Origin: an uncultured bacterium
Lineage (GTDB): Bacteria > Oederibacteriota > JAAXVQ01 > JAUVAV01
DNA: 64,000 nucleotides
NCBI GenBank assembly: GCA_963710755.1
Contig: CAVQBK010000006.1
Span: 32,001 to 96,000, forward strand
Reading direction: 5' to 3'
Shown here: piece after piece, positions 31,999 through 42,060 of the stretch
Numbering within the stretch: position 1 is the stretch's first letter
Layout: every line of letters begins with the position of its first letter
Made by a program: the position numbers and the translations under genes
Notes under the pieces: model-generated
Databases searched by the model: none
Seen by the model: only the letters and a program-made list of their open reading frames with translations
What the model was told of the DNA's origin: nothing

Positions 31999-34235
31999 TA
32001 TTTAATCACCAAAACTTTCTTAACGACTTTTCGCCGGGCACTTTCCAGTACCACATAATAAAGCCCGGACGCCACGGTTTCATTGCTCCGGTTTCGCCCG
32101 TCCCAGGTCAGATCAACCCGCCTAGCCGCCACGGTTGATTCTTCATAACTCGTAATCTTTCTACCTTTCAAAGAATAAATGATGACGTTGGCATTTTCCA
32201 TGGGTAACAATTCCAAATGAATCTGCAGGATTTCGACAGTGGGATTAAAGCGGTTCTTATCAAGATAAAAAACCGGTGCCGGTGTGGGGGTAGTGGTGGG
32301 GGGCACAGTCAAGGTAATGGTAGGTGATAAGGTAATACTGGGGGTTATGGTCACTGTGGCTGATTGGGTCAGCGTGGGGGTCCGGGTGGGTGTTGGTGAA
32401 ACCGTGGAGGTTTTGGTATATGAGGCTGATGGTGTTAAAGTGGCGCTGATGGTAGCAGTAGGTGTGGCCGTGGGGCTCGGTGTCGGCGACAGCACGGGTG
32501 TGGGCGTGCTGCTGTGTATGGGGGTTTCGCTTTGGGTAGACGTTGGGGTTGGCGAAGGTGACGGGGTCATCGGGGTTAACGTAGGTGTAATGGTTTGGGT
32601 ATACGTAGCCGAAATGGTGGGCGACTTGGTAAAGGTGGGTGTCAGCGACAATGTGTAGGTGGCTGTCACGGTTTTGCTGGGCGAGTCTGTAGGTGTATGG
32701 GTAAATGTCGGTGTTTCCAAAGGTGTGTTGGTAGTGGTGATAGTTGGCGTGTAGGTATCGGAAGGAAGCGGTGTTGGTGTAAGGGTAAACGTTGGCGTTG
32801 GCGAAGCCGTATCCACCGGAGTAGGCGTAGCTGTGTCCGTCTCCTGTAAGTTAATATCGGCCACTTCCCAACGCATCTGCCCGGTAGGATTGGAAGCACC
32901 CGTGCTTTCCCAAAACCAGACGGTAATGGTTTTTGTGCCCGGCCCGGAAGTCAACTCGGCAGGAATAATCAAAGGGTCGGCACGAAGGCTAGGCGTGTTG
33001 GTCCAAGTATCGCCACCGCAAGATAGCCATTGATCGAAAGTGCTGTTGGCTGTGCTGGTGTTGGGAAAGTTGAAGGACACCAGATCAGAATTGCTCTCCA
33101 CCCTGACAAACTGGGCATTGGGCAGGGCCCATTCCAAATTTACGGCAGTGGAGGTGGTATTAGCGGCACCGCCGTTAATGCGCAGAGGTGGCATGGCGGC
33201 ATCGGACAAAGAATAGTATTGGGCGTCGGTGTATGCGGCGGTATACAGACGCTGTTTATTGGCATCCAGGGCCATTGCCGTAAACTGAGCCCCGGTGTTG
33301 CTAAGGCTGCCGGATGGTGAACCGGGCAGACTGCCATCGGCATTCAAGTTAAACCAATATACGTAAGCGCCGCTGCCCACATAAAGAATACGTCGTGCCG
33401 CATCCAGGGTCAGGCTAAAGACAAAATTGCTTCCACCTAGATTCACCGTGGCCAGGTTGCCAAGTACACCATTGGCATCCAGATCAAAAACATAAATAAT
33501 GCTGCCGGAGTCACTGCCTGCGTACAATTTTCTTCTCACCGTATCCACGGCCAGCGTGGTGATCAAGCTCGTCCCGGCCGGTGAGTCAACTGTACTGCCT
33601 AAAGGTAAGCCGCTTGCATTCAAATCAAACCTTTGAATCTTGCCATTCCCGCCCATATACAATTTCCGGCGGCTCAGGTCCATGGCCAGAGCGCCGACTT
33701 GACTATTGGTGGTATAGGTGCTGGCTGCCCCACTGGGCAGGCCGGTGCCTGGATCCAAAGGATAAACAGCCAAACCGTTGACAGGGGCGGTCATCCCAAC
33801 ATACAAATAATGATCAAGAGGATTAAGCGCCAGGCATTTAGCATTGTTGCTTAAATCATTGTAGTTATTAACCGTTGTCGTCGTATTGCCCGAGCTGTCC
33901 AGGGAAATAACCGCTAAGGCATTATTTCCTACTGTGGAGTTGGCCAAATATAATTTTCCTCTTTCACTATCCAAAGCCAACCCATAGGTTGCATTGCTGA
34001 TGGTAATGGCCGGCAGGGCGACTGTTGGCGGATCGCCGGCGCTGTTAAGATCAAATACGTAAAGATTATTACTGGTACTGGTGGCATAATATAATTTCTG
34101 ATGGGTAGGATCAAGAGCCAAGGCCGTGCCTTGGTTGAAGCTGGAAAAATAGGTTTGTCCTGACTGGAGCGCAGACCAGCATACTTGGGGTAAGAAGAGG
34201 AGCAATAGCAATATTGGTAGCTTATGATTCTTCAT
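31998..34235 (-). CDS. Secreted beta-propeller protein with Thr/Pro stalk and C-terminal FlgD-like sorting-type domain
   Basis: Signal peptide; repeated LALD..R.KLY blades; ~190 aa T/P region; NRFNP...WDGRNRSNETVASGLYY. Confidence 0.75.
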   Translation of the reverse strand: MKNHKLPILLLLLFLPQVCWSALQSGQTYFSSFNQGTALALDPTHQKLYYATSTSNNLYVFDLNSAGDPPTVALPAITISNATYGLALDSERGKLYLANSTVGNNALAVISLDSSGNTTTTVNNYNDLSNNAKCLALNPLDHYLYVGMTAPVNGLAVYPLDPGTGLPSGAASTYTTNSQVGALAMDLSRRKLYMGGNGKIQRFDLNASGLPLGSTVDSPAGTSLITTLAVDTVRRKLYAGSDSGSIIYVFDLDANGVLGNLATVNLGGSNFVFSLTLDAARRILYVGSGAYVYWFNLNADGSLPGSPSGSLSNTGAQFTAMALDANKQRLYTAAYTDAQYYSLSDAAMPPLRINGGAANTTSTAVNLEWALPNAQFVRVESNSDLVSFNFPNTSTANSTFDQWLSCGGDTWTNTPSLRADPLIIPAELTSGPGTKTITVWFWESTGASNPTGQMRWEVADINLQETDTATPTPVDTASPTPTFTLTPTPLPSDTYTPTITTTNTPLETPTFTHTPTDSPSKTVTATYTLSLTPTFTKSPTISATYTQTITPTLTPMTPSPSPTPTSTQSETPIHSSTPTPVLSPTPSPTATPTATISATLTPSASYTKTSTVSPTPTRTPTLTQSATVTITPSITLSPTITLTVPPTTTPTPAPVFYLDKNRFNPTVEILQIHLELLPMENANVIIYSLKGRKITSYEESTVAARRVDLTWDGRNRSNETVASGLYYVVLESARRKVVKKVLVIK
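32280..32840 (-). repeat. Thr/Pro-rich low-complexity coding stalk
   Basis: TPT/TPS iterations, degenerate at DNA level. Confidence 0.85.
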
Positions 34236-34284
34236 GCCAGCCCTTTATGGTTTTCCTTGAAATTTCCCGCGTCAAAAATCCCGC

Positions 34285-34323
34285 AAAAAATTGGCCTCAG
34301 ATCACTTGTGATCCGAGGCCAAT
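34285..34323 (-). terminator. Intrinsic terminator
   Basis: TTGGCCTCAGATCAC-TT-GTGATCCGAGGCCAA with U tract on minus strand. Confidence 0.75.
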
Positions 34324-34372
34324 CAATTTTTAACACCCCATGATTAATCCTACCTTGCTATTGACAACGGGA

Positions 34373-35464
34373 CTACCAGCGGGCCGGATGTTTTCTGCCG
34401 TCGTTACGCGTCCAATATCCCCTGCCCCGTGCATCCAGTACATAAACATAGTGGTCCATGGTGCCGCGATGATTCAAAATATCCAAGGTCCCGCCGCCGG
34501 CACCGGTGCTATCAAATTGCAAAATCAAATCCAGGGTCCCATCACTACGATAGATGCGGTAGTAACCGCTCTTGTCCAAGACACTGATCCAAAAATCAAG
34601 CTGGGTTTGAACACCTTCCGGATCAAAGAATAACCCTTTAAGCGTTTTTAAATGGTTGCCCATGTCCCCGGATAAGTTGATACTGGCACTGGTTAAGGGC
34701 CCGGTAGGAGTCTTATAAAATAAACGCCATTGAAAATTAAGCATATCGGTTAGGTTTTTATAGACATCCACATAAAAAGATTGGGTATAGATGGCAAGCA
34801 CATCCTGGTCCACGCTGGTCTGGTCAAACGTATAGCCGTCCGTGCCATAACTGGGTGTGGCCACCCACCCCGGATTCAATGCACCGTAAAAGCCTCTATT
34901 GGGACGCCATTGGAACGGCACCAACGTTACTTCAGGGTCAAAGCCGGACGGATCGGTGCCTTCACCGGGCGCCCAGGTTTGGGTGACAATATCAGCTGCG
35001 GTTTGCATGACCACTCTATCCAAGTGATGGCGCAACACAACTTTGAGAAACAGCGGATGAGCAGTGAGTATATCATTGAGCGTGTCGTTACCGACAAACA
35101 TGCCCACCCACTTGCCTGCATAAGAAGTATAATATCGGTGCATCCAAAAACCCAGGCGTTGCTGCAAATGGGATTTTAACCGCATCAGGTAATTTTTATA
35201 TTTGTTTTTATAAAATTTGGCTTTAAATTTGTTTTTGAAATTTTTGGTACCCTTGCTGTAGTCATGACCGCCAAAACAGCTGGCATTAACCTGGTTGTCC
35301 GTAGACGTTGACTGAGTTAAGTCTGAGGTGGTGTCCATGGTGATAGGTGTGGTGGGATTGGTAATATCCGGTGCTGTTGGTCCTACGACATTTTGTCCAC
35401 ATCCTGAAATAACCAGTGCACTTGCAATAACGGCCATCCCCAAAATCTTATTAAGTCCCATCAT
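34373..35464 (-). CDS. Hypothetical lipoprotein
   Basis: Lipobox-like LVISGC after hydrophobic stretch; no family recognised. Confidence 0.7.
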   Translation of the reverse strand: MMGLNKILGMAVIASALVISGCGQNVVGPTAPDITNPTTPITMDTTSDLTQSTSTDNQVNASCFGGHDYSKGTKNFKNKFKAKFYKNKYKNYLMRLKSHLQQRLGFWMHRYYTSYAGKWVGMFVGNDTLNDILTAHPLFLKVVLRHHLDRVVMQTAADIVTQTWAPGEGTDPSGFDPEVTLVPFQWRPNRGFYGALNPGWVATPSYGTDGYTFDQTSVDQDVLAIYTQSFYVDVYKNLTDMLNFQWRLFYKTPTGPLTSASINLSGDMGNHLKTLKGLFFDPEGVQTQLDFWISVLDKSGYYRIYRSDGTLDLILQFDSTGAGGGTLDILNHRGTMDHYVYVLDARGRGYWTRNDGRKHPARW

Positions 35465-35636
35465 TGTTTATCCCCCATCCTGATCGAGTCCCTTACAAAA
35501 ATCATTATACCATTGCTCTAGCAGGAAAACAACTATGTTTGTATTTTTTTTGTAATATTTAATGATATTAATTTTTGCAATATAATTGTTTCATTCTGCA
35601 CCATTCTTACTACTTGCCTTGGCCTCACTTGTCAGA

Positions 35637-36545
35637 CTATTTATTGGCCTTATAAACACTCTCGTCCTCCAGAAAATCATAGGGACTGGCTATTTCGTTG
35701 TTTATATTGACCTGAAAATGCAAATGGTTGCCCGTCGAGGAGCCGGTAGTACCAACCTTACCTATGATCTGGCCTTTTTTGACCTTATCCCCTTTTTCCA
35801 CCAGCCGTTCTTTTTGATGCAAGTAGGTGGTGGTTAAACCAAACCCATGATCAATCACAATAGTATTGCCATGGGCTTTAAAGCTTTTCGAGAGAATAAC
35901 CACACCATCCGCCGGAGCATGAATAGGGGTGCCACCAGGCGCCGCAATATCCAGACCACCATGGTACCAGGAATCAGCACCCTTATTATAAATACGCTTT
36001 ACGCCAAACTGTTCCGTAATCCGACCGTGAATGGGCCAGCTCAAGCTGTGAACCAAGTGGCCGGGAAGATAGTCGGCTCCGAGGCGGGCTTGGGCCATTA
36101 ATCGGGATTCAGGCGCAAATTTATAATTGGAAAATCCTTTTATCCAAAGATGGATCGTTTTAAAAGGAGATCGAGGCACCACTTTCAGCGCTTGGGTTTT
36201 GGTCACCACGTCACCCTTCTCCGGCAAGGACATGGTCAAGGTCAGCGGGTATTCACCAGGTGCTAAATCAAGGGGCACCGAAAGATAACGGGCATAATGG
36301 CCGGATTGACTGGCTACAGGATACAGGTCCAAGGGCGTTGGCCACCATCCACTTATGGTCGGTTGCCAAGGATCGGTACTGGAGTTGGTGGCCTCAACTT
36401 CAACGACATGGCCTGGTTCCAATGCTGTTGTTGAGAGCGTAAGGTTTAGGGTAGGTGGCTGAGGTGGTGCGGTCATTTTAACCGAAGGGGCACAAGCACT
36501 AATCAAAAACATCAGGGTTACGGGGACGAGGACTTCTTTTTTCAA
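35637..36545 (-). CDS. M23 family metallopeptidase, probable lipoprotein
   Basis: HGGLD and HLH motifs; LISAC lipobox; TTG start at 36545 after AAGGAG. Confidence 0.88.
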   Translation of the reverse strand: MKKEVLVPVTLMFLISACAPSVKMTAPPQPPTLNLTLSTTALEPGHVVEVEATNSSTDPWQPTISGWWPTPLDLYPVASQSGHYARYLSVPLDLAPGEYPLTLTMSLPEKGDVVTKTQALKVVPRSPFKTIHLWIKGFSNYKFAPESRLMAQARLGADYLPGHLVHSLSWPIHGRITEQFGVKRIYNKGADSWYHGGLDIAAPGGTPIHAPADGVVILSKSFKAHGNTIVIDHGFGLTTTYLHQKERLVEKGDKVKKGQIIGKVGTTGSSTGNHLHFQVNINNEIASPYDFLEDESVYKANK

Positions 36546-36561
36546 ATCGGACTCCTTGGAT

Positions 36562-39147
36562 TTATTTGGCCAGCAGCAGGACCTCGGCGCGCCGGTTTTT
36601 AGCCCGTTGCTGATCATTACCGCTGGTCACCATCAGTTGATCAATGCCTTTGCCAGCAACTTGTATATAATTAGCCGGGATTTTCTCCTGGCGAATGAGG
36701 TAATCCGCCACATGCTGAGCCCGCAAGCGGGATAATTCCATGGCTTGGTCCTTTCCTTCGCGGGAATCGCAGTGTCCGGTTATCTGCAATTGATACTCCA
36801 TATTATACTTGGTGACCGTCGCGGCTGCTGATTTCAAAGCTGACTTGGCTTGCTCGGTCAACTGGCTTTGATCCTTTTGAAATAGAACCCTAACCAAGTT
36901 CATGGCGAGCGCTTTTCCCCCGCCGTAAGCCGCCAAGTCACTCTGCACCACCTGACTGTCCGTGGCGGATTTGGCGCCCATGGTGGTGAGTACCAACAGA
37001 CGGGCCAGAAAACGATGGCCCCCGGGAACAGGTTTCCCGTTCTGATCCATGCCGTCCCAGGCAATGGTCCCCGGCACTTCCCCCTGCCCGCCGAGGGCGC
37101 GAACCTGGGCTTTACTATCCTGGTCAAGGATGATCATTTTCCAGTTCTTTATTTTGGCCGTGCCCTTTAGATTAAAAGAAAAGGTCAGCCCCTGGCCTCC
37201 CTCAGATACAGGCTTAAAGGTAGAAGCCGAGGCCGTTAAGTCAGTCTTCAATTCTGCATAATTGATTACAAAAGTAGTTTCCGTCCTGGTCCGCAGACCT
37301 ACGTCATCGCGATAACGCAACACGGCACGATAGGTACCGGCTGCCGGTGGTCGACTGGACAGGTTTGGTTTCCAAACGACTTTTTCAGGCATGCTGCTGT
37401 TACCATTGCGTTCAAATACCCGTTTGTCAGCAGGATTGTAAATCATGAAACGCCATTCGCTGCTGCCTAATACTTTGGGTATCGTGAAGTTCAGCGCTTG
37501 TTTCCCTCTCGGACCTCCCAAGGTCACCTTACCGGGACCTTCCATATCAACCGGCTTGGACTTGGTTCTTATTTCCAGCATTTCCGTTGCCGCCGCCAGT
37601 TCCAACCCATTTTTATCGAGCACTCTTAAAATAGCGCTGTACTCGCCGTCCGGCAATCGTCTGCCTTTTTCATCCTTGCCGTCCCATTCCAAGTTTCGGG
37701 GTAACCCGCTTCCGCCTTTATAAAGGCGGACTACTTCACTGCCTCGCAAAATATAGAGCCGCCAGCTGCTTACGCGCAGGCGGTCATTAACCAGGCGACC
37801 GACAAATATGGTTTTATCCCGTTTGCCATCATTATTGGGTGAAAAAGGATTGATCACCGCATGCAGGCGAACATCTTCATGGGCAATCGAAAATTGCTGG
37901 CCGCTATTACTAAAATATCCTGAAAAAGAAGCCGGCATCTCCGGATCCACCACCAAGTCCGCATGCTCTTGTCCTGCCGGTCCTTCCGGTACGGGCAGGC
38001 TGTAGGTCGAGGTTTGGGTCGCATCCGTGGATTCTTGATCCGAAGCCTGGTCAGCTTGGTAATCGCTTGTTTTAGGCGAGCTATATTCCAAAAAATCATC
38101 AGTGGCATCAGCTGCGGAGTCTAAAGCTGAAAAGAAAGACCGTTGGTCTTCATCGATTTTTTCTTTGGCGTGATGATCTTCAGGCGACGCTTTTTCAGAT
38201 TCCTTGAGAACAGTGGGAAGACCATGGCCGGGGCGGCCATAGGCCCAGGTAAGCGCCAATTCATGACGGCTGTTGTAAAACGAAGTTGGACACTGGAAAG
38301 CATAATCGAGGTGCCAATCGAGGAAGCCAAGGCCTAATCCGGCGGTAAGAACACCCGATTGGCCGGCTCGTTGAAAATAACCCAGGCGGGCTGCCAATCC
38401 CTTAGTGGAAGGCAAGGCCAATGTATGTTCCAGACCCATACGAACAACGCTGAAGGAATCGAGGCCGGGAAGCTGGCTATTTTGAGTATCCAGTTCCACA
38501 GTGGCCATCCATGCTTGGGCAAGTTGCCAAGACAAGCCGTAGCGAAAAACCATAGGCAAGGTATAACCTTTCCCATCCAGCTTGACAATAGACTGCGCAT
38601 CTTGCATGACCACGCCCAATCGCAGAACATTTTCGTTTTCACCCCGCCAAAGGGTAAGCAGCATCCCCAGGTCCACCCCTCCTCCAGCGGGCATACCTTC
38701 CACCTGAGGCAGGACCGTTTGAACAAACTTACCGGTGATCCCAGCCAGCAATTGACCGTTGGGCGAAAGCGGAAAGCCCAGGGCTAATTCGTAATTATTT
38801 TGGAGTGATTGAGTCAAACGGGGATTGCTGAGAGAAAGCGCATGGAACTGGGTGACCAGGCGAGGAATAAGCGGCATGGCGGCATTGAGATACCAGCCTT
38901 GTTCATCACCCAAATCCTGGTGGGCAAAACCAGCCGACAACTCGGGCCAGTTAATGAATACCAAATTGGCGGGATTAATGGTACCGCTGGAAGCACTGCC
39001 GGGCAGGGCCGCTCCGCTTCCGCCCATGGCGGAAGCGCGCGGATCGCTAAGGCCGGTGGCGCCCAAGGGATCAACACCGGCCAACACTAATTGGCTCATT
39101 CCAGCAATGGTAAAACCTGCAATGACAACCGCCTTGATAAGGCGCAC
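36562..39147 (-). CDS. Second PorV-like barrel + FlgD-like Ig + OmpA fusion protein
   Basis: PRASAMGG..INPANL start; acidic linker; PFSPNNDG and WDG Ig repeats; ITGHCD..LSRLRA..NRRAE. Confidence 0.72.
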   Translation of the reverse strand: MRLIKAVVIAGFTIAGMSQLVLAGVDPLGATGLSDPRASAMGGSGAALPGSASSGTINPANLVFINWPELSAGFAHQDLGDEQGWYLNAAMPLIPRLVTQFHALSLSNPRLTQSLQNNYELALGFPLSPNGQLLAGITGKFVQTVLPQVEGMPAGGGVDLGMLLTLWRGENENVLRLGVVMQDAQSIVKLDGKGYTLPMVFRYGLSWQLAQAWMATVELDTQNSQLPGLDSFSVVRMGLEHTLALPSTKGLAARLGYFQRAGQSGVLTAGLGLGFLDWHLDYAFQCPTSFYNSRHELALTWAYGRPGHGLPTVLKESEKASPEDHHAKEKIDEDQRSFFSALDSAADATDDFLEYSSPKTSDYQADQASDQESTDATQTSTYSLPVPEGPAGQEHADLVVDPEMPASFSGYFSNSGQQFSIAHEDVRLHAVINPFSPNNDGKRDKTIFVGRLVNDRLRVSSWRLYILRGSEVVRLYKGGSGLPRNLEWDGKDEKGRRLPDGEYSAILRVLDKNGLELAAATEMLEIRTKSKPVDMEGPGKVTLGGPRGKQALNFTIPKVLGSSEWRFMIYNPADKRVFERNGNSSMPEKVVWKPNLSSRPPAAGTYRAVLRYRDDVGLRTRTETTFVINYAELKTDLTASASTFKPVSEGGQGLTFSFNLKGTAKIKNWKMIILDQDSKAQVRALGGQGEVPGTIAWDGMDQNGKPVPGGHRFLARLLVLTTMGAKSATDSQVVQSDLAAYGGGKALAMNLVRVLFQKDQSQLTEQAKSALKSAAATVTKYNMEYQLQITGHCDSREGKDQAMELSRLRAQHVADYLIRQEKIPANYIQVAGKGIDQLMVTSGNDQQRAKNRRAEVLLLAK

Positions 39148-39460
39148 AGCTATCCTCCGCCCTGCTTCCCGGAAATCAACCTTTCTTTCCCTGGTTAAGT
39201 CACGAAAAGGAAGCAGGCATAATAATCATCCATTGTGCGCCTGGCTTTATTAAGCTGACCCACATGGACTGCCTATCTCATTTTTCAGCATAGCACAGGC
39301 AAGGACGAGTTATCAATGGACGAAATGGTTTCCATGATGGATGACCTTACCCTATACCCTCTTGCCACCATCGCTATAGGAAAGCTCCAGTTGAACCTGC
39401 TTAGGGGTTTCTGGGATGGCATGATGGCTGCGGCCTTTTCCAGGGCGTGGGCAGGACTGC

Positions 39461-39550
39461 TTATTTTTTCAAATGACGATATTTACGACGATGTTTTTTA
39501 CGCTTGTGCGTTTTAATCTTCTTTAAATGGCGTTTTTTACCGCAACCCAC
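39461..39550 (-). CDS. 29-aa basic protein, bS22-like (AURKAIP1/COX24 domain)
   Basis: Manual translation MGCGKKRHLKKIKTHKRKKHRRKYRHLKK; GTG start with AAGGAGG RBS. Confidence 0.8.
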   Translation of the reverse strand: MGCGKKRHLKKIKTHKRKKHRRKYRHLKK

Positions 39551-39654
39551 TGGTCGTCCTCCTTGATCTGATCGGATGAAATTTTCCCAAATCCACCCGG
39601 CATTTTACTGACGCAGAATTTTAACAAAAAAGTCTGGAAAAACAAGGAAAATAT

Positions 39655-40104
39655 TTAGGAATTAGCTGATTTCCAATCGACTTTCATGCACTTGGCATGA
39701 GCCGTGGCCAGCACCCGGCCGTTTTCCAGGCAAACCTGACCGTTGATGGAAAACAATCGGTTTTGTTTGGTTTCTTCCAGAGTGGCTGTGATAATGAGCT
39801 TTTTCCCAACCGGCGCCGGTTCGCGAAGCCGCATCTCGAATTTAGCGGTCACTACGGGCTGGTTCCATAAAACAATGGGTACATTGGCCATCGTCTCATC
39901 AAGCAGTAATCCAATAATCCCGCCGTGCACCACATCTTTATAACCTTGAAAAACCTTCTGCGCTGTGAATTCGGTTCGAATACTATCCTCATTCACCCGG
40001 GCGAAGGTTAGGTGCAAGCCAATAGGATTGTTTTCGCCGCAGGCAAAACACATACGGTCATCATCCCATCCGGCCGGTGTCTGCGGTGACAGTGTATCCC
40101 CCAC
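39655..40104 (-). CDS. PaaI family hotdog thioesterase
   Basis: CFACGENNPIGL, QGY..VVHGGII..LLDE. Confidence 0.88.
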   Translation of the reverse strand: MGDTLSPQTPAGWDDDRMCFACGENNPIGLHLTFARVNEDSIRTEFTAQKVFQGYKDVVHGGIIGLLLDETMANVPIVLWNQPVVTAKFEMRLREPAPVGKKLIITATLEETKQNRLFSINGQVCLENGRVLATAHAKCMKVDWKSANS

Positions 40105-40107
40105 GGT

Positions 40108-41151
40108 TCAGCCCAACGTAGAAAACAGATTATTTAAATTTTGGTCATAAGGCGCGCGAATAATGCCCAAATCCGTGATCAGGGCACTGATGTATTTATG
40201 TTCGGTTTTATCAAACGCAGGTGCGATCACCTTGGCCCCGGGAATGGAAATAGCTTTGTTCTGCCATTTCAGGATACTTTCCGGACTGTGTTCTTGCAAG
40301 AGTACCGGTTCCGCTGAGACTAAAGTCCTGTCGAAGGTGGTGGTCGGGGCAATGATATATACTGGAATTTGGTGATGGTAAGCCAGCATGGCCAGACTGT
40401 AGGTGCCCACAGGCGCCACGACATCGCCATTCATGGCAATGCGGTAGGCACCGACCATGACGATATTGATTTGGCCTGATTTCATGAGATGACCCAGGGC
40501 ATTATCACTCACCAGATAAAAAGGAACCTTGGACTGCTTGAGCTCCAGTGCGGTTAACCGCGATCCCTCCAGCAACGGCCGGGTTTCAGGCACGATCACC
40601 GTTACATTTTTGGAGCTTTTCGCTTTAGCAATGACCGCCAAGGCGCTGCCGGCACCAATCGAGGAAAAACTGCCCGCATGGCCGTAGGTCAGGATGGTAT
40701 CGCCTTCCCGGATCAGTTCTTGGCCGTTGTCCACAATGCTTTTACCGGCATCCTCAAAATCTTTTAAAACTTTTACGGCCTCCCGAAGCACCAGATCCCG
40801 AAGGGTGTTGAGCTTATGATCACGGTTATTGAGAACGCACCGTTTCATTCGCTCCAAAGCCCATTCCAAGTCCCTGGACATGGGACTCAATTTCAAGAAT
40901 TGATTACTGACTTTTTCCACTTCCTGGCGCAGTTTATCAAAGGTCTTGGCCAAAGGGGGTTGCTTGACCGCGTAATAAATTCCAAAAGCCGCCAACGCGC
41001 CTACCAGAGCATTGCCGCTGACTTTTTTCAGCTTGATCGCATCCAGGATCTGGCTCAGAGAGCGCAATTGCACTTTGATAACGGTGGCAGGCAATTTGGA
41101 TTGATCCAGGATGAAAAGCTTTTGCTGCTTCCACTCCAGGGCTTTAGGCAT
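40108..41151 (-). CDS. MtnA/eIF2B-like family protein with degenerate active site
   Basis: ILDQSKLP, ETRP, GTYSLA, PAFD scaffold motifs retained; catalytic motifs altered. Confidence 0.8.
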   Translation of the reverse strand: MPKALEWKQQKLFILDQSKLPATVIKVQLRSLSQILDAIKLKKVSGNALVGALAAFGIYYAVKQPPLAKTFDKLRQEVEKVSNQFLKLSPMSRDLEWALERMKRCVLNNRDHKLNTLRDLVLREAVKVLKDFEDAGKSIVDNGQELIREGDTILTYGHAGSFSSIGAGSALAVIAKAKSSKNVTVIVPETRPLLEGSRLTALELKQSKVPFYLVSDNALGHLMKSGQINIVMVGAYRIAMNGDVVAPVGTYSLAMLAYHHQIPVYIIAPTTTFDRTLVSAEPVLLQEHSPESILKWQNKAISIPGAKVIAPAFDKTEHKYISALITDLGIIRAPYDQNLNNLFSTLG

Positions 41152-41163
41152 TAAAGTCCTCCT

Positions 41164-41988
41164 CTATTTTAAATGATGGATGATGGCTTTGGTCAAACGG
41201 GTCAAACGCGGCTGAGCTCCCATGGCGGCCTTGATAATTTCCGGCACACTGGCAGGACCCAGCTGATCAGGCACGCAGCGGTCGGTGACCACGGCTATAC
41301 CCAGAACCTTCATGCCGCTGTGGCGGGCCACAATCACTTCCGGCACGGTGGACATCCCCACGCAATCAGCACCAATGGTCTGCAGAAAGCGATACTCGGC
41401 CGCTGTTTCCAGACAGGGCCCTGACAAGGCTGCGTATACGCCTTGATGCAATTTAATTTTAAGATCCCGGGCTGTTTCCATGAGCAGGTTTTGAAACCCC
41501 TGATCATAGGCATTGTACATATCGGGAAAACGAGGACCGAGGCGATCGTCATTGGGGCCAATCAAGGGATTATCGCCGAGCAAATTGATGTGATCACTGA
41601 TCATCACCAGATCGCCGGGATAAAATGCGCGGTTAATGCCTCCGCAGGCCGAAAACACGGCCAGGGTTTTAGCGCCCATGGCATGCATAACGCGAAGAGG
41701 AAAGGTGATTTGTTGCAGCGAATAGCCTTCATAGCGGTGAAACCGGCCCTGCATGGCCACCACCGTTTTACCCATCAAGGTGCCCACCAATAACTTGCCG
41801 GCATGGGATTCCACTGTGCTCAGAGGAAAATAAGGAATGGTTTCATAAGGGATAACGACTTTATTTTTGATCTCTCCTGCCAAGGCCCCCAGACCTGTGC
41901 CCAGCACCATAGCCACGGCAGGTTTGGCCTTGGTTTTCTGCCGGATTACGGCCAAGGCTTCTTTCACCTGATCAACCAATTCTGTCAT
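41164..41988 (-). CDS. punA: Purine nucleoside phosphorylase (trimeric family)
   Basis: LGTGLG, STVESH, QGRFHRYEG, GPCLET, VGMSTVPE. Confidence 0.9.
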   Translation of the reverse strand: MTELVDQVKEALAVIRQKTKAKPAVAMVLGTGLGALAGEIKNKVVIPYETIPYFPLSTVESHAGKLLVGTLMGKTVVAMQGRFHRYEGYSLQQITFPLRVMHAMGAKTLAVFSACGGINRAFYPGDLVMISDHINLLGDNPLIGPNDDRLGPRFPDMYNAYDQGFQNLLMETARDLKIKLHQGVYAALSGPCLETAAEYRFLQTIGADCVGMSTVPEVIVARHSGMKVLGIAVVTDRCVPDQLGPASVPEIIKAAMGAQPRLTRLTKAIIHHLK

Positions 41989-42060
41989 AGGTCCCCCTTT
42001 TTTCATCGCCATTACAGGACAGCCCTGCTTGCTGCACGCTTACCTGACCGCCACCGGCAA

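Noticed and set aside
32280-32840. Repetitive GT-rich DNA as a CRISPR array or VNTR
   Set aside because: It is degenerate Thr/Pro codon usage inside an ORF; there is no constant repeat-spacer unit and no cas gene in the window
39150-39460. 6S RNA or riboswitch in the intergenic gap
   Set aside because: Only a GGTTCAA word is suggestive; no long rod structure could be built by eye, and an Rfam search is needed
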